Translations under genes and position numbers: made by a program
The notes under the pieces: model-generated
The model's database searches: none
What the model was told of the DNA's origin: nothing
Seen by the model: the letters and a program-made list of their open reading frames with translations, nothing else
In this document: piece by piece, positions 13,979 through 27,454 of the stretch
Layout: the number at the start of each line of letters is the position of its first letter
Numbering within the stretch: the first letter of the stretch is position 1
Source of the DNA: Paramecium tetraurelia
Taxonomy: Eukaryota
Assembly (NCBI GenBank): GCA_000165425.1
Contig: CT868022.1
Location: forward strand, 1 to 64,000
DNA: 64,000 nt
Reading direction: 5' to 3'

Positions 13979-16900
13979 TTTTTTCTTGAGATTTTATTCT
14001 ATTAAGAATTTTATTATTAATAGCTACTTGAAATTTACATGAATATAAATAATTAAAATAGAATAAAAATTTAATCGAAGATAATGATTATATATATAAT
14101 TAAAAGCTACAAAGAATACTATTATTCGATTATAGTCAGGATATGTAGCTCACATTTTCAGAAGTAATGAAAGAATATTAAATGTATAAATTTAATCCCC
14201 TCTAACTTTTCTAACTTGTGGTTTGAACATACTAAGCCTATAATATTTAAGTTGTTAATGAAAGCTAGAATAGACAAGAAATCTTGATATTCTCCAAATT
14301 AAATTTTTAACATAAAAGGACGCTGCTTGCATAATTAAACCTAAGAGGAATCCATTAAGAGATTTCTTTTTACTTATATAATTGTATATCTCCTTAGAAT
14401 CCTTTTAGAATTATATTATAATTCTTCCACTTATTTTTTTATGGATTTGCTTATCAAAATTATGAGCAATTACAATACATATAATAAATCGTATCTTTCA
14501 CTATAGGTTTGGTCACCATTTAAATGGGATTACTTTTTAATAGCTAGCAGTTTGTAAGAAATAAATATATGGTTTAAAATCTCTATGGGGATTATTAAAA
14601 TAATTCATACCTCTCCAATTTTATGTATTCTAATCAATTATCGAATAGTATTGACAATAAAGTTTCAGATAAGATAATCTAGTAGTTATTGGATTAGTAT
14701 GCATATCTTGAAAACTTCTGTCTATAAACTAAGCTCATAGACAAATGGGTTTAACTCAGTAAGAATCTATTTGTTGTAACTATTTACTTTTAAAATAACA
14801 TGTACTACTATATAAATGTAATTTATATATTCTTTAATCTTTTATCAATATTAAACTGTTTATGAATTTCAAAAAACTTCAAACCAAAAGTCTAATTTTT
14901 CTTGTTCTTAAAGATTATAATCTTAATATTGTATTTGTTTGAAAAATGGTTGATATTTGTTATTCAGAATGATTATATTGATTGAGTTTGATTTATTTAT
15001 GTTGTGACGCTACTAATTATTAGAATTTGGCTGGATTAATAAATTATCAAATATTTAGTTTCATAAAGTTAATTTTATATGAACATGATTTTCATATTAC
15101 TTCATATAATAAGAATAATCATAAAAAGGTGAACAATATTGAATTTTATAGGTTTAAATAACCACAAAATTAGGCAGCCTTTGCATACAAAATTTATACA
15201 AGTGATTCCTTTAAGTAATAATTATTTTTGTTATTCAACCAACTTTAATATAGATTTGTAAATAAAACTCGCACTAATTTGGTTTATTTATTAATAATAT
15301 ATGATAGAGTTTTTCAGATACATCAACAAATAATATTATTACAATTTCTATGGGAATAAGGGGAGTTGAAAATAATAATAGAAGGAATAATAAGTTTTCA
15401 TATTTATGTAGATTCATAATAAGACTAGGTTTGTTAAATAGTATTTTGGCCTATGTTACTAATATAATCAAATTATTTATAAGTTTACAAGATTCTAATT
15501 CTGAAAAGCTTATTAAATTTATCTTGAGTATTTATGATCTCAACTTCAAATTATGACCATATAATGGGGAGTTGATGCAAGAATCAAATATAATTCTGCA
15601 GCATTCTATAATTTAAAATCATTAGAAAAATTGGATGTATCAATTTTAATTATAAATATATTAAATATTATTAATTATTGGAATAGTATAAAATGTAATA
15701 TATAATATTGCATAAAAAATATTAAAATACTGTTATTTGAATTTCATTTCTAATACTCTAATTAAACAATCTACTTTTGAACTCGTAATGATCTTTTTAA
15801 ATGTATCCTTACCTGTATATAGAATTATATATTATTACCATGTTTTCAGAATATTAATAGAAATTCAATGCAATTAGTTTTTTACTTTCCTTCTTAATCG
15901 TCATAATCATTTTTATAATTCTATCGACTTCAAAGTTATTAAACCTTAGCTAACTTCTAACTAACATTTTTGAGGATTATTTTATTTTTTATATGGTTAT
16001 TAATTATGTTTGATAGAATTTTAAATATAAATAAATTTACATAAAGAAAATTCAATATATATATATGTATGTATAGCAGTTATCTGCATGAATAGTAAAC
16101 CAGAGATACTATTTTTTGCTCAAGATAATAATAACAACTTGTTTTGAGATTGCAAACGATACACTTTATAAAATAACAAGATTTATATCGTATAAAAAAT
16201 CATTCTTATGTTTCTAGGTGATGTTTGCTATCATTCTAACTAAATATATGGGAGACTATTATTAGATACATTAAACACTGAGTATCTAAGAATGATTATA
16301 GGATTTAATCATGCTCCTTCTTCTTGAAATTTTACTATGATCTCAAGATGATTCCCACCCCTCTAATAAAAATTTTAATTTGTTTGCCCACTTAAGCTTT
16401 GGTGAGAGTTTAATAAAATTGAATGAAAACCTTTAGAAGCAAAAAACTAAGGTAACTTTGAAAATAAATCTATCTTCAGAACGTTTGTAAAAGTAAATTT
16501 CAAATCTTACAAGGCTATCTTCTTGTTAAAGTCCTAAATTTATTGTAATTATACCATTATGATAAATTTGTCTAAACTTGGAAATATAAACTTTATTCTT
16601 TCATACTCCAAATTCATAAATTAAAAATCTTCTAAAATTGTAATCTAGAAAGGAATTCTTAATTCTATTAAAATACAACTAATAGAATTTAGGGATTTTA
16701 TTGTTTTTTCAATAGAAACTAGAACAATGTAATTTAATTCATCTCATTTTTTCTGTTTAAAATTCAATTAAAATGATAAATTAATTTCATTCTAATTACA
16801 TATTGATTGATTAGAGTATTATTTTATTGTATGCACTAATAAGTTCTATAACTTAAGATAAAAAATAATATAATATTTTTCAATTAAAATCTTAGCAGTA

Positions 16901-17649
16901 ATCTTAAATTAATTCTAATATTGAACTAATTTAATATTAAGAGCATTGTATTCTCAGGATTAAATACAAATAATATATATTAATCATCTGCAATAGTCAT
17001 TATTAAGTTTTCAGTAAAATCATTATCTAAAGATTTAGTTTTGGTCAAAATCTAATTAACATCCTAAGTGAGAATGAGAAAAGACTCATTTCAAAGCTGT
17101 TTAATCAAATAGTGAAGACTTTTATCAAACCCTTTCAATCATTAATAACTTCAAAGTATAATAAGAATTCTAATATAAGGAATTTACAATAGAAAATTAA
17201 CTTATTATATTTTCTAATTATTATCTGTTTAGATCTAGAATGTGAAATTTAAATTTAAAATGTAATCTAGAATATAGAATACAAATAGGTTAAGGGTTTA
17301 ATAAATAGTAAATTCATCAGTTGTGAAATTAAAGAGGAATTATAAAAATTAAAATATTGGATTATTCAAAAAGATAATCAAGCAGCAAATTAAGAATCAT
17401 ACAATCCTTTGGCGGATGTTTACGCTTTAGTTTTTATATAGGTGTTGCCAGAAATTAGAAAAGTATCGTAATATGGGGTTGCAAGTAATTGTATAATTTT
17501 AGAATTCAGCCTCTAACATTATTAATATAAATTATAAGTAATGTATTAAATTCGTTTATATTTGATATTTTTATGTAATTAAATTAAATTAAATTGAATT
17601 TATAATAATACCATAAATTCAGAATTTCCAAAATTAATATTAAAAAAGT

Positions 17650-19051
17650 TCAGAATAATTTTGTCATGCATTTACGTATTTAGATTTGTCTTGAACTACT
17701 ATCCCAAGTAAGGAGATAGTTTCCATCCTAGCTTAATTACCCATAATTGTCACAACTTCCAAATTAAATTAGTTACTCGATTACAAACTCACCCTTCTCT
17801 AAACTCCTCATTACATTAACACTCTTTCCATTCTTAATCACTAAAAGGCCCTTAGCATTTTAGTATTAAATTGGGAAGAAATTACATTCATCACATGAGC
17901 CACACGATACAGGATAATCTAGAATTTTCCTATACTCATTATGGTTGAGATCAAATTAATACAATTACAAGTTTTCTTGGAGACAAGGTAGGAATATGAA
18001 TTATTCATCATTAATAAAACACAATCTTACGCCATATTGATCTAATGGAATCTTTTATACAACTTGCCAAATTGTTGTGAAACTTGTTCTTTCTATAACA
18101 AAGATTTAATTATTTTTAGAACAAGAAATCAGTTTACTCTCTTTTTAATTTAGACTTAATGAAACTACCTCACTTTAATGTTCTGTAATTACTTATTGGC
18201 ATGAAAATCCATTATATTTTTTCCAAAATTTGATTGTTGTATCTGCACTACAAGATATTATGAGATTGTCATCTTTGTTTATTACAATACAAAAAATCCA
18301 ATCTCTATGAGCTTCCAATTTTTATACACAATTCCATTATTTATCTTGATACTATTACCATATAATAATGATTTCATCTTTACTTCCAGATAAAAAATGG
18401 TTAGTTTTTTTCATGAAATTTAATATACTAATATCAGATTTATGCTCGATTAATAATTAGATTTGATTCAATTTTCCTTTATCATGTTCGAATACTTTAA
18501 TTATTTCTCTACAACCTAATACAACAAATTATCCATCACTATTAAATGCTATTGCATAACACCTTTTATCTTGCTTTATACAATTATCTTTAAGTAGTTT
18601 AAACTTTAATTATTATTTTTTTTGTTTGGACTATTCTTATACGATTGGTATTGTACTTAAAATTTGAGATTCTTGTTAATTCACACTTGATTATTAATTC
18701 TTCATTTAAATTTTTAAACTATTTGCTATTTTTTAAAGTTTTTCAGATGATGATTTGAATTTTTAAAGTAAGTTTTCCTGAAATACTTCTATTTAGATAA
18801 AACCAATTACTATTTGGTTTACTTTGTTAAGTTCTAATTCAGATAGATATTCGAAATCAATGTTGATAAAAGGGTAAAACGATTTTCTAATGCTTTCAAG
18901 AGCCGTATTGCAATCTGAAATAATTACCTAAACATCTTCAATACATTTCATTTGTTTTAACATCCATTAATTTAAAATTTTTTGGGGTATTAATTTTGTC
19001 AAATGATTAGAATGGAAGGGCAATAGCTAATCTGCTAGTTTGATAAATGCG
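17650..19051 (-). CDS. WD40-repeat protein of the Paramecium expanded family, with N-terminal coiled coil; 5' end lost in the gap
   Basis: WD repeats such as FLSGSKDEIIIIW and HRDWIFCIVINKDDNLIISCSADTTIKFW, and the family C-terminus YGQLSQDGNYLLTWDSSSRQIQIRK...*. Confidence 0.85.
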
Positions 19052-19658
19052 NNNNNNNNNNNNNNNNNNNNNNNNNNNNNNNNNNNNNNNNNNNNNNNNN
19101 NNNNNNNNNNNNNNNNNNNNNNNNNNNNNNNNNNNNNNNNNNNNNNNNNNNNNNNNNNNNNNNNNNNNNNNNNNNNNNNNNNNNNNNNNNNNNNNNNNNN
19201 NAGTAATTTACATGATCCTTAGTTTAAGATTTTATTTCAATATTATAAATTAAGACAAAAAGTAATGAGAACTTAAATATTCTATTTATGCTACAACATT
19301 CACTCATTAGAATTATATCACTATTTCTTAAAATTACATAACAAATATTTACCATTTTCTTATTATAAATTCAAATCTACTTGTAAACTGTGAATCTATA
19401 TGAAAATATTGAAATTATTATCAATATATTATAGTTGGATCTCATTATCAGATATTATATATATGAATAAAAAGGTTTTTGACTTATTTCCTTATATTTA
19501 TAATTATTAAACAATAATTATGAAGGATAAGGAATTTTAATCAAGTATTTGAATGCTTTATAATAATTTATTTATTAACAATAATAAACTTTAAACGGAA
19601 TAATACTTTATAATAGAATTTAATATTTAAAATTGACCAAACCTATGAATTGGATATC

Positions 19659-21959
19659 TCATAATATGGAAATCAAGATGATAATAATTGTACTGATTAA
19701 TTAACCGTAGCATTATCCACATCCAATATTGTTATCCCATCTAGCGATTCCTCCAGTGGAATTATAGCAGTTTTGTGAAGTTCGAGTATTAAGGTCTGTA
19801 GTTTTATCACATACATTTCCGTTTAAGTTACAAAATTAGGCTTCATAATTTTAATTAGGTTAATTAAGATAGTAATCACAACTAGAGGTTAAATTGTATA
19901 GAGTAGTGCAATTAAACGTATAGCATGTGCCAGAATCCCAATAACAAGTGCGTAACATAGTATTGCATAAGGTTGAGTTTAATATCTTTTTACAATCGCT
20001 AGCACCTGAACAACTGGAAGAATTTTGATTCCACTAACACAAACCATCAGCACCTAAAGAACCAAAACATTAATAATATTCTTAATAATCATTGCACTAT
20101 TATAAGGATGATTAACATTAGCCTGTTTTAGTCGATCCAGCACAAAGAATCGATTGGCTTAAGCATTCTTGTTATGTATTTCCCAATAAGGATGAACAAA
20201 ATGATTAAGTTGAATTGGAGACACTTTAGCCTGTACAATTTTATGTTGTTTGATTCCAATAGCAATTTTTGTTCAATATACAAGAACCTTGAATTGTTAA
20301 TAAGCTACAATTCTGAATTTGACATGTGCTTGTCTTATAATCCCAATAACAATTAGGGAAGGATTATATGCATTCAATCTACTGACTAAAGTCTTGGCAT
20401 TCACACTTAGATTTGACATTTAAAAGATGTGAAAATTTACACGGTAAACAAAACCCCTTTTAGATAGTACTTCGTGGTTGACTCCAATGATGAGTTCTTC
20501 CAGATTATATGTAGCATGAATTTATATCATAATTTATTGAATTATAAAAGATATTGCACTTTTTTGTGTCTTAATTCCAAGCACAAATGTTGATATTAGC
20601 TTCATTAATGGAACTATAAACATAAGAGCAACTACTTTGAGTGTAATAATCTTCGCATTTTTTAATTTAACACACTTATTTTTACCAAATACAAGTTCTA
20701 TAAAATTAATTACATAACTCAAATGTCTAAAAATCACTACACTATGAAACACTCTAGCAAGCGGAATTTGAATATGTACAATATCCATCCTTCCCTATAG
20801 AATTATAGCAAATGCTAGGTTAGATAGGTTTGTTGTTGAAGAGCTCTGAACATGTACTTAAGCCTGATTAAGATAAACAATGACCATCTTTGGAACCTGG
20901 GCAATAAATGGAGGATGCAATACAGGTAGAGTAATTCTTTTCTAATATTTCCTCGCAATTATCATATGGTTGACATAGAGAAGGAATTATAAGTGCATTC
21001 CAAAAGCATCCCTAAATTTATGCACATTTTTATTATGATAAATACTCTGAGCATTATAATTTGATGCATTAATCATTGGCCCATTTACAATTTGGTGAAT
21101 TATTGCATTCGGATTACAAGAGTAGTTGAGTACAATCACAATCATTAGGAAAATGATATTAATTTAGATTACATTATGCACAAATACCAAATAATGGTTC
21201 AATTGGTACCCACCTATAATGATAATTGGTATTAGAAGCACAAGTGTATTCAGTTAATTGATCAGCTGTTCCATTTGTGCAAGTCTGACCATTCCAAAAG
21301 CATGGCTGAGTTAAAGCACCACTCAAAGGAGTTGTTTGAACAAATCTACATGTATTTTAAGATGTAAATTATGAACATTTTTAACTTACACAACTTGTAC
21401 CAGACCAATAGCAAGCGTAATTTAACCATTTTTTATTACATATACTTTCATATTAAATTTCTGCGCATTGACTCACAACCTTACAAGATGATACACTCCA
21501 AAAGCACATTCCTTCAGTTGTCAAAGTATATATATCCTATGTATCCTACATGGCTGTGCATTAACTTTATGATAATCCTTGGCAATAATCTCCTGAGTTA
21601 ATACATTTATTATCTATATTTGATTATACACACTTTGAATTAGCTCCTTAGCATGATTATCCACTTTTTAATGTTATGTGTTCGCAAGTATCAAAAGGAA
21701 AGCAATTAATTTATTAACTAGATTCTTAGTAGTAACATAGATGTTGTGAATTTTGACATTGCTATTAATTTAATTATTCACATTTCACTTTTCCACAATA
21801 GCCCGCCTATGATGTCGTACTTATCCATTAGCAATTCCAATTATTACATTCTACTTAGCTCATAATCTATTAGCATGCACAATACACATTCGGAATAGCT
21901 TTATCCTAACCAAAGACTGAAAATCCACAAAGCAAAAAAAGAAATGAAATTTTGAGCAT
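19659..21959 (-). CDS. Cysteine-rich surface protein (mini-antigen/surface antigen-like) with signal peptide and probable GPI-anchor signal
   Basis: MLKISFLFLLCGFSVFG signal peptide, periodic CxW/CxY cysteine repeats in about three larger units, and hydrophobic tail CGQCYGQLISTIIIILISIL*. Confidence 0.88.
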
Positions 21960-22718
21960 TTTTGGATTTAATTTATTTATAATACTAAATCATATCATTC
22001 TACTTTTAATATTTATGAGTTACATCTCTCTATTTGAAATCATCAAATAAAAGTTAAACGAATCAGATTTAACCGTAATCTTAATAGAATATATATAATA
22101 TTACAAATTACATTATATAATATCATAAGAAATAATTAACTGTTTACAAAATATCACGTGCTTATTATGTATCTGATATAATCAACTACTCATGCATATT
22201 AACAGCAAGCCTAATTAATGTCAAGAATTGCAATTTATATTAACCAATAAGAAATAATTTTCTCAATGTTTTGATTTTTTTTGTTTTTTGATTCATTCAT
22301 ATTTACATGCAATATATATTTTTCAAACTTATTGAGATTCTAATTATTGTCTGTTAAATAGGTAATACAAGGGTGAGATTTATTAATTTGGAATGATTAA
22401 GAATTTTAAATTAGAAATAGTCAAATAATTAACTCAGACTATTTTCTTAATTACTTCCAAAAGAAAATCAATTCAACAATGATTATCAAATCATCTTAAA
22501 TGAATCAAACTATTCCAAAAAGATTTTATTATGAGAATTGCTTTATTATTAATTTACCTAAAAATTGACCAAATTTCTTCATTTTTAAAATAAATAAGTA
22601 AAATATAATTCATTCTTTGCTAATCCAATAATCAATCGAATACTTATTCATTTTTATTTAGGCTTAATTTCAATCTACAACATTAATTTTAGAACATTTA
22701 CTTATTAATTATATATTT

Positions 22719-23753
22719 ATGTATTAATAATACAATCAAAAAAACTAAGTAAAATTTTGTTATGAATTACTCTCAGAATTAACAATCCACCAAAAACAAG
22801 TGTGCTATGCTATTACTTTCAATCAAAATAAATAATTAGTCTTAGTCTGTTGTGATCTAAATATTAAAGTTTATCAATTCAATGATGGATATTTAAAGTT
22901 AATATCAATACTATCAAAAAGTCGATTTACTATCACAGTCCTGAGTTTCTTTAAGAACAACAGAAAGTGTTAATTTTTATCAGGTTCGTGTGATAGTTTT
23001 ATAGAAGTTAGATCAATAACATAATTAAGAAGTCAAAAATACACTTAGAAATTGGATTCACATAAAAATGGCATTAATTGTTTAGTTATTGGTTAGGATT
23101 AAAATATGTTTTTATCTGGCTGTGTAGGTTAAGCGATTAAACTATGGAGTTGCTTCTAATAAAACTAACGTAGTTGTCAATGGTCCTGCTAATAGACAAT
23201 TACAGATCATACTAATTCTGTCTATACATTAGATATTAATTCAAAATAAAATAAAGCAGTATCATGTGGATATGATGACACTATGTTAATTATGGATATA
23301 ATAAAAAACATGGAAACTTATTAATTGGTTTTGAAATAAAAGATTAAATTACCAAACTTTAGTTATCGAATCCTATTCATAAATGATTCAGATTTCATAT
23401 TTCAATCCTATTCTGCAAAGTTTCTTCAATTGTTCCAATAAGATTAAAATGAAAAATATTTCATAACATATTCTCTACCTGTTTAGTGTAAATCCTAGCC
23501 TTGCAATATATTTTTCTAGCCCTAATTTATTTAGTCAAAAGGTTATTTTGTTTGTAAAAATAGTTAAAATCTTAATTTTGTTTATCATAATCCTGTTAAT
23601 AATGAACTTGTATTATTATATTCGATATATTTTGATAATTATGAATAATATGGGTCATTAAGTGAAGATGGTGAATATTTAATTACTTGGAATTAGAAAT
23701 TAGAACAAATAGAAATAAGAAAGTATAAACTTATTGATGATAAAAATAATTGA
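22719..23753 (+). CDS. WD40-repeat protein (propeller only, 344 aa)
   Basis: Intronless code-6 ORF with CYAITFNQN, FLSGSCDSFIEV, HTNSVYTLDINSKQNKAVSCGYD and YGSLSEDGEYLITWN. Confidence 0.88.
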
Positions 23754-24643
23754 TTTTAATTATTCATGTATACATAAATTTTATATAAAAATAGTAAATT
23801 ATTAATATAATTGTTTAAAATTGAATTTGCAATAATTTAGAATCATACTATTCCACAAGATTTCTTTCCGATTAATAAAAATAATGAATAAAATAATTCA
23901 TATTTAGTTTCTGATATATTATTTAAGTAAATTTTGATTCTAAATATTATCAGAGATTATATAACGTTATAAAAATTCATTACTCCAGTATTTAAAATTA
24001 ATTTCACTATTACTTTCTATCTAATTAAACTTCAGAATTATCAAGATTTCATTTTATACCTTAATCTATTAAATGATGCAACATTTTTGGAACCCTTGAT
24101 GAAAATTTTGAACATTAACTTTTTATTTGGTTCTTATAAATCTAAGAAAAATAATGTTTCAATGTTGTTAAATATCACTTTTGTGTTTTAAGGAAAATAA
24201 TCTTTTGTTTATTTTCTTAAACAAACGCAGCTACACTATTTAGCACAATATCCTAAGTAATAAACCAAAAATATTTAACAATTAACCTATTTAAATATAT
24301 TTTACTGTTATTCCATTAACTTTATGTCTATAATTCCAAATATTATTATAAGATGTTGCTTCATTAATACATAATCATTCTTGTAATCCTTAAGGAAATT
24401 TTTGAACATTTTTCTTCAATCTTAAATTGGCCTAGATAAAAAATTTTTATTCATAATTTTATTACAGTTAGTGTGATCTTAATGATAATTTCTAGTCCTA
24501 GAATAATGTAAGGGATAAAAATTATGATGAGGATTCATTTATATATAATACTTTGCTTCAGATTAATATCATTGTATTCTCTTATAATACCTTAAATTGG
24601 ACAATAAAATTTGGATTTTATCATATTATAATAGAATTTAATA

Positions 24644-26917
24644 ATGAATTCGTCAAATGATATATGGCGCTGTCAAGATCATAATGAACTTGTTGTATTT
24701 CTTGCAAGATCCATTTCAGAGTAAAAAACAATAAGACTTTGCCATAAATGTGTAATTGACAAGAAAAAGGATTTAACATTAAAGAACTTAATCTTAATAG
24801 ATGATGCAAAGAAATACCTTTAAGAAACAAAGGCTGGAATATTAGAAGAAAGAGAATCACTTAATAAATATAACATAGGAATATTAAATGATATTAAGGA
24901 TAGCATAGGAAATCTTTCATTGAATTTCAATCTATTAATTGATAAAATTAAAGTAAATATAGACTCTGGGATAAAGACTATAGAAGAATCTTCAATAAAA
25001 TTCTAAAAAGAATTAAATGATATTTCATTCGATCAAATAGAAAATACTAATATGGAAAAAAGCTCAATTTTATATTAATTGATTAATCAAAAAGAATTAT
25101 ACGATATAATTTAAAGTCAAATAGGTAATTTATTCAATATATAACTTTTGTAAAAGTGTCAACAATTAGTGTAAAGTTTAAAAGTTGGAGAATAAAGTGA
25201 GACTTTAAATTAACTATCCAACATAGGGTCATTTATTGATTAATAGACCTAGATAAAGGCAGATTGGATATGTGATAAGCATGAACAAGAAATAGTTTTT
25301 GCTGATTTATCCTAATAAAAAAGTATTCAAAATAGATTAGCTTGTCTTGAATGTGTGCCTGAATATCAGATTTAATACACAAATTTAGGATAGTTGTAAT
25401 AAAAGTGGTAGAAGTATACTGAATAAGCATTGAAACTATTTAATTTTTAGCAAAGCAATACTTAAAGTAAACAAACATAATTAATTCTATAACTTAAAGA
25501 GTTTCGAGAGATATTTTTGAAGATATTTGAGTAATTAATCTAATCAATTTAAAACAAAGTCGCATTAGAAAATAATGATCTCCATTATCATCATAAACTA
25601 TTTTAAAAGACATGGCAAGCATTAAGTAAAAATGATCTAATTAATATTGTTGAACTTCTGAGTTCGTAAAATAGATTAGCTCTGGTTAATCAACTGATTG
25701 AATAAGAATTTTAATCCAAAGATTAAGCTATTTATGCAACAATTTATGCTCAAATGTAACAACTCTAAAATTTGATAAACTCTACTTGTCTATAAGTAAT
25801 TTCTTCAAATATGAAATCCTTTGCTACAAATGAAAAAGTAAATTAAAATAAAATTAATATTGAATCCTAAATTTAAAAATCGCTATCCTTATCATCTTTA
25901 ATTCTCACTCTTTCTTTATAACTTAATAAATAAATCACACCATAAATTTTCAAACCATTTACCTATGAGATAGTCTCCTAAATCTCAGAAAGTATTAAAT
26001 GTAAAGCATTTGCATTTAATAATGATTCATCTATTTTAATTGCAGGTCAAGATGATGGATCAATAAAGGTTTTTGAGTTTAATTAAGGAAAATTAAAAGA
26101 AGTTTAATTACTTAAAGAACATTCAAATTATATTCAAAGTTTATATTTCATGTAAAGATCTTCTTCATTTATATCTGCTGGTAATGATAAATAGATAATA
26201 GTCTGGAGGATGAATAATTAGAAAGAATGGCAGAGTTATCAAAAATTAGAAGGTCACACTGATAGAATTAATTGTTTAATAATGAATAATAAAGAAGATT
26301 GCATCATATCTGGTAGTAATGATACAACTATTAAGTTTTGGGTTTAAGAGAATTAGTAATGGAAATGCAATTAGACATTATTAGATCATAAAGGCTATAT
26401 TAGATGTTTATCATTGAATATATCATAGAATATGTTGATATCATGTGGTCAGGATAAATTATTATTAATAATCTAGTAAAATAATAATAATAAAATTTGG
26501 AATACAATCTAAAAAATATCTGTTGAAAGATAGGGTTATAGTTTATGCTTTATAACTGATTAAATGTTTACATTTCAACCTTACTCAATAAATATAATGC
26601 ATATCTATTAATTAAACACAAAAAGTTAATAATTTATTAAAATAGAACAAGAAGTAAGCATTAATTCAGGTTCTGGTTGCTCATAGTTTTTCCCTTAAAA
26701 ATTTATTAAAGAGAAATAAATTCTACTAAACAAAAATGGATAAAACGTCAATTTAATTAGACTTCATGGTAATGGTTAATTCAAAACAGAATAATCTATT
26801 CAAAATAAGGGCGATTGTTGTGGATTATTTGGCATTATTTCAAATGATGGAAGCTATTTAGTAACGTACGAGAGTTAGAGTAAAGAGATAAAAGTAAGAA
26901 TATACAGAGAAAAATGA
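24644..26917 (+). CDS. WD40-repeat protein with two tandem N-terminal Cys/His (B-box-like) plus coiled-coil modules, 757 aa
   Basis: WRCQDH..RLCHKC and WICDKH..RLACLEC modules, each followed by Q/E/K-rich helical sequence. WD repeats GHTDRINCLIMNNKEDCIISGSNDTTIKFW and DHKGYIRCLSLN. Length 2274 nt, no introns needed. Confidence 0.88.
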
Positions 26918-27454
26918 TTGGGTAATTCTAAATTCCTTACATCTAATATATAATTTATCAATATGTTATTATTAATTGTTCCAAGTTATCAATTATTAAT
27001 ATATTTAATATGGATTTATAATATAAATCTTATCTTATATCAATTTAAAAATTGTGTTGATCAATTGATTTCTCTTAAAACTAATAAGTTTGATTACTTA
27101 ATTGAATTTTAACTATTATTCTAAAAGTACCATGAATGACAAAAATATGATAATATAGATTGTTTGCTGTGTATATCTGAATTTCATATAAATAACTATC
27201 AATTATAAATAAAACTTTTAGTTATTCGAAGAAATTAGTAAAATTCCAATACTGATGAATATTTTAATGATTGGAAATTAAGCTGAAATTTGATATTATA
27301 TTAATTTCCAATAACTTTATTATAATAATTCTCCAAAGTTAATTATTAATTAATATTTTTTACTTGAATATCTAATATAAATATTTTTCAAAAATAAGCA
27401 AAATAAATTGTTGGGTTGTCTACATATATATAATATTCAGATACAATCTTCTGT

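Noticed and set aside
14100..17560. Possible genes or pseudogenes, including a YNPLADVYAL kinase-like snippet near 17400
   Set aside because: Frames are interrupted by TGA and no other kinase motifs were found. At most these are pseudogene debris.
20534..20788. 84-aa ORF in an alternative frame
   Set aside because: It is a shifted frame inside the cysteine-rich antigen gene, whose true frame is open under code 6.
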